Under the pieces are notes generated by a model that ran no database searches, was not told the origin of the DNA, and saw only the letters and a program-made list of their open reading frames with translations. From the NCBI GenBank assembly GCA_963718855.1, contig CAVRAA010000009.1, positions 430,014 to 494,013 of the forward strand: 64,000 bases of DNA, in the 5' to 3' direction. The DNA comes from an uncultured Nitrospiraceae bacterium (lineage in GTDB: Bacteria; Nitrospirota; Thermodesulfovibrionia; Thermodesulfovibrionales; SM23-35). Position 1 is the first letter of the stretch, and each line of letters starts with the position of its first letter. The position numbers were made by a program, and so were the translations under genes. Below are positions 61,801 through 64,000 of this stretch, one piece after another.

Positions 61801-62062
61801 CACAGTGCAATGCGTATTTGGATGCTATCTCATAAAGAATGACAGCAATATCAGAATGGGTTTTATCTGAATTAAAAAAAACAAGAATGTTGCCTGTCAG
61901 GGTATTGATGGAAAAGTGCTGTATGCCATCCCTGCCGGAAAGGCCGGATTCGATCCGCTGTTTAAGCAGCTCCGAACGGAAGAGCCCCTGTATATTATAG
62001 CGCGCTCTCCCTTTGACAGAGACGTGCATTGTCTTGACCACAGGCATTAACTCCGCAGGCAA
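58868..62062 (-). CDS. P2-type cation-transporting ATPase with N-terminal HMA2-like extension
   Basis: TGES, [8 protein letters not shown] (TM4), [35 protein letters not shown]. The N-terminus [16 protein letters not shown] ... [10 protein letters not shown] resembles the HMA2-like ORFs. Confidence 0.9.
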   Translation of the reverse strand: [1064 protein letters not shown]

Positions 62063-62075
62063 TCGCTGCTGTTAT

Positions 62076-62762
62076 CTATTCTCCCCCTCTTTTTCTGGAT
62101 CGCGAAATCTCCGACTTCGTTTTGGCAGTATCGGAGGCAGTCTTTGCTTTCTGAGTGCCTGAAGTTGGCTTCGCTTGCGGGACTGCAGCGCTGAGAACCT
62201 CCTTGACTCCTTCAACAACGCCGACAAGCATGTCCTTCACAGACCTTACCGCGGTATTCCCTATCAGGCCCGCAGCTTCAATCGCTCCGCCGACCGCAAC
62301 TTTTGCGACATCTTCAACGTTCCCGCCGATCTCCTTTGTGGCTTCGATGACTCCGTCAACCGCTCTTCTTGCAACCAGCCCGACATCGGCTCCGATCTCA
62401 GCAGCGCCTTTTACGGCGCCTTTCACCGTCTGCCCGGATACTGTCAAGACATCTCCGCCAACGTCGCTGATACCCATCACAATGCCCTTCGCAACGCTTT
62501 TTGTGCTGAGAATAAGCCCTGTGCCGACCTCTTCGGTTGCTGCAATAGCACCCTTTATCACATCTTTGGATAGATGCACGCCTTCGCTGGCGACCGTTCC
62601 GGTTGCCTTCAGGGTATTCGACACCGTGTTTCTCACAAGGCTGACGATTTCAGCCTCTATTTCGTTAATACCTTTGAGACTGCTTATAATGCCGTCTTTG
62701 ACAGACAAGCCCGCTTTTCCCATCGATTTTTCAGTCGTTCCTGTGGTTGCTTTCTTTGCCAT
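62076..62762 (-). CDS. repetitive Gly/Val/Ala/Lys-rich protein (amphipathic repeat pattern), function unknown
   Basis: Start moved to MAKKATTG, after AAGGAGGGG. Recurrent V.KG.+.A..E+G motifs run throughout. Confidence 0.45.
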   Translation of the reverse strand: MAKKATTGTTEKSMGKAGLSVKDGIISSLKGINEIEAEIVSLVRNTVSNTLKATGTVASEGVHLSKDVIKGAIAATEEVGTGLILSTKSVAKGIVMGISDVGGDVLTVSGQTVKGAVKGAAEIGADVGLVARRAVDGVIEATKEIGGNVEDVAKVAVGGAIEAAGLIGNTAVRSVKDMLVGVVEGVKEVLSAAVPQAKPTSGTQKAKTASDTAKTKSEISRSRKRGGE

Positions 62763-62833
62763 GAGTCCCCTCCTTTTCTTCTCAAACAATTTTCTACGGT
62801 GGTTGATATGAGCTAGTGAGTAATATTTGTCCT

Positions 62834-63313
62834 TTACACTTCTTTGGCCTGGGCCTTTAAAAAAATGTTGAGTGCATACCAGAGTGCTGTATACCACGCA
62901 GGCGCAGTGAAGTTGCCCCGGCTTATTTGAATAACGCTGAGTCCCACAAGGGTCAACAAAGCAAGATCCGGTACATTTGCAAAACCTTTGGTCGAAACAA
63001 TTACCCTGCTGTTTACATCCCTAAATGTTTCCGATACCTTTCGTGAAATGTATGTCTGTTTTTCAAAAGGTTTTACGTCTTCGATCCTGAAAAGATTGCC
63101 CTGCTCAGCGTATGCTGCGATCTTTCTGGAATTCAATTCATGAATCACCAGAACGCTCGCAGTCAGAGCATTTACCACAACCCTTGCGATTCCTTCATAT
63201 CCGGACATCTGCTTGTGCACATCGTCAAAATAACGCGCATCTCCTTTTTTTGAAGGTATCTTGACCCTGAGCCTGCCTGGGATGACATGGCTTACATACG
63301 CATCAGGCAGCAT
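62834..63313 (-). CDS. HMA2-like domain protein with C-terminal membrane segments
   Basis: VIPGRLRVKIPSKKGD ... VVVNALTASVLVIHE, then hydrophobic C-terminal segments. Confidence 0.5.
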   Translation of the reverse strand: MLPDAYVSHVIPGRLRVKIPSKKGDARYFDDVHKQMSGYEGIARVVVNALTASVLVIHELNSRKIAAYAEQGNLFRIEDVKPFEKQTYISRKVSETFRDVNSRVIVSTKGFANVPDLALLTLVGLSVIQISRGNFTAPAWYTALWYALNIFLKAQAKEV

Positions 63314-63319
63314 TTCGGT

Positions 63320-63622
63320 CTACGTTCCTTCCGGGGCAACAGACTCCGCTACTTCTTCCTGAAGGTCCTCCGTCTGGGCTTTCGCTTCAGCCAATTCGGA
63401 TTGTACTTCAGCCATAAGGTCCTCAACTACCTCTTTGGTTTCGGCAAACGTTTCTACTCCTTTTTGATACAGAAGGACACCGCTTTTCAGCGCTGCTTTC
63501 GCCAAGGGCTTAGCGATGTTTGCCAGGACCGGGATGACTGCGGGAGCAAGCACGGAAGCCCCTACGCCGATCGCAAGGCCGGTTAATATATTGCCTTTGA
63601 ACCCGTTATTAAAAAGACCCAT
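63320..63622 (-). CDS. small membrane protein with acidic coiled C-terminus (I recall similar proteins as DUF5132; unverified)
   Basis: 100 aa: GLAIGVGASVLAPAVIPVLANIAKPLAKAALK, then an E/A-rich helix. AGGGAGGA lies upstream. Confidence 0.4.
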   Translation of the reverse strand: MGLFNNGFKGNILTGLAIGVGASVLAPAVIPVLANIAKPLAKAALKSGVLLYQKGVETFAETKEVVEDLMAEVQSELAEAKAQTEDLQEEVAESVAPEGT

Positions 63623-63784
63623 AGATGATCCTCCCTTTGTTGTTGAATGGAATATGAGCTACCGATTGTGTGTACTCCTTAAACACAGAATTGTATGCCT
63701 GTCAAGGAAGTACTCAATTTAAGGATATAACCATCGGACAGCAAAGTCTACAAACTCTTTCATTACTTTCCTAAGAGGACGGAA

Positions 63785-63839
63785 TGTCATCAATACTTAA
63801 CATTTCGTTCATACTCATGTAAAAAACGTATGGTTTAAT
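63785..63839 (+). promoter_or_regulatory. Pho-box-like array (TGTCAT, CTTAAC, GTTCAT, TGTAAA in register) + TTTAAT
   Basis: Half-sites start at 63785, 63796, 63807 and 63818. -10 at 63834-63839. ATG at 63847 (7 nt later, no SD). Confidence 0.5.
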
Positions 63840-63846
63840 GAATAGC

Positions 63847-64000
63847 ATGATTAATAGGAAGAGCTGCATTCCGATGGAAAGCACAGAAATTGTGTACAAA
63901 GTAATTTTCCATACCAAAGGATATATACGACTGGAGGTGCCTTCCCTGAGGAAGCTCTCCTGGTCGTATCTTTACAGGAACTTCAAAAAGTCCCCGCCTT
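63847..64000 (+). CDS. 5' part of a gene with an HMA2-like N-terminus (continues beyond the window)
   Basis: My own translation: MINRKSCIPMESTEIVYKVIFHTKGYIRLEVPSLRKLSW... Same G(R/Y)(L/I)R(L/V) pattern as the other HMA2-like ORFs. Confidence 0.4.
   Translation, partial: MINRKSCIPMESTEIVYKVIFHTKGYIRLEVPSLRKLSWSYLYRNFKKSPP

Overview
This is a chromosomal window from a diderm bacterium. I annotated it by hand from the ORF track and by re-translating the gaps myself.

Layout:
- 1-20.5 kb: housekeeping genes. These are a Gfo/Idh/MocA oxidoreductase, trpE-[four-helix-bundle cassette]-trpG-trpD, tRNA-Gly(GCC), tRNA-Cys(GCA), an Slt-type lytic transglycosylase, zapB/zapA, an arsC-like gene, bioW, a lipid kinase, mnmA, aroK and aroB.
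- 11.7-15.7 kb: an accessory patch interrupts that block. It holds Phd/RelE, an IS1634-like element with imperfect terminal inverted repeats, VapBC and several REP families.
- 20.6-31 kb: a phosphate block. It holds PiT plus a PhoU-like DUF47 protein, phoB-phoR, a porin, a GH1 enzyme, a PHP phosphoesterase with a GT21 glycosyltransferase, two small 4-Cys paralogues, a double zinc-ribbon protein and an HMA2-like protein.
- 31.9-37.8 kb: a lipoprotein-TonB-ExbB-ExbD-ExbD-TonB-dependent-receptor operon.
- 38-56 kb: the most unusual part. It holds a DsbA-like gene with an in-frame TGA at the first Cys of its CxxC motif, and an archaic (Csu / spore-coat-U type) chaperone-usher pilus cluster. Interleaved with the pilus genes are three secreted proteins built from cohesin-like modules and MopE-type Cys-rich repeats, a beta-helix-like protein ending in a dockerin-like duplicated Ca-loop, and a PhoB paralogue with a degenerate receiver domain.
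- 56-64 kb: a second arsC-like gene, a metK paralogue, and a P2-type ATPase with HMA2-like and small membrane partners.

Cross-cutting signals:
1. At least 14 copies of a direct-repeat operator. TGTAAC/TGTAAT-like half-sites sit in strict 11-bp register about 10 nt upstream of a -10 hexamer, in front of most operons from 11 kb onward. This looks like a Pho box.
2. A recurrent -10 / 6-7 nt / ATG geometry without a Shine-Dalgarno sequence, suggesting leaderless mRNAs.
3. Five genes interrupted by frame changes: mnmA, aroK, the GT21 gene, the usher and one cohesin gene.
4. At least seven families of short hairpin repeats, three copies of which lie inside coding sequence.

No CRISPR array, rRNA or prophage is visible. 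All domain calls come from motif recognition by eye and have not been confirmed by HMM or BLAST.
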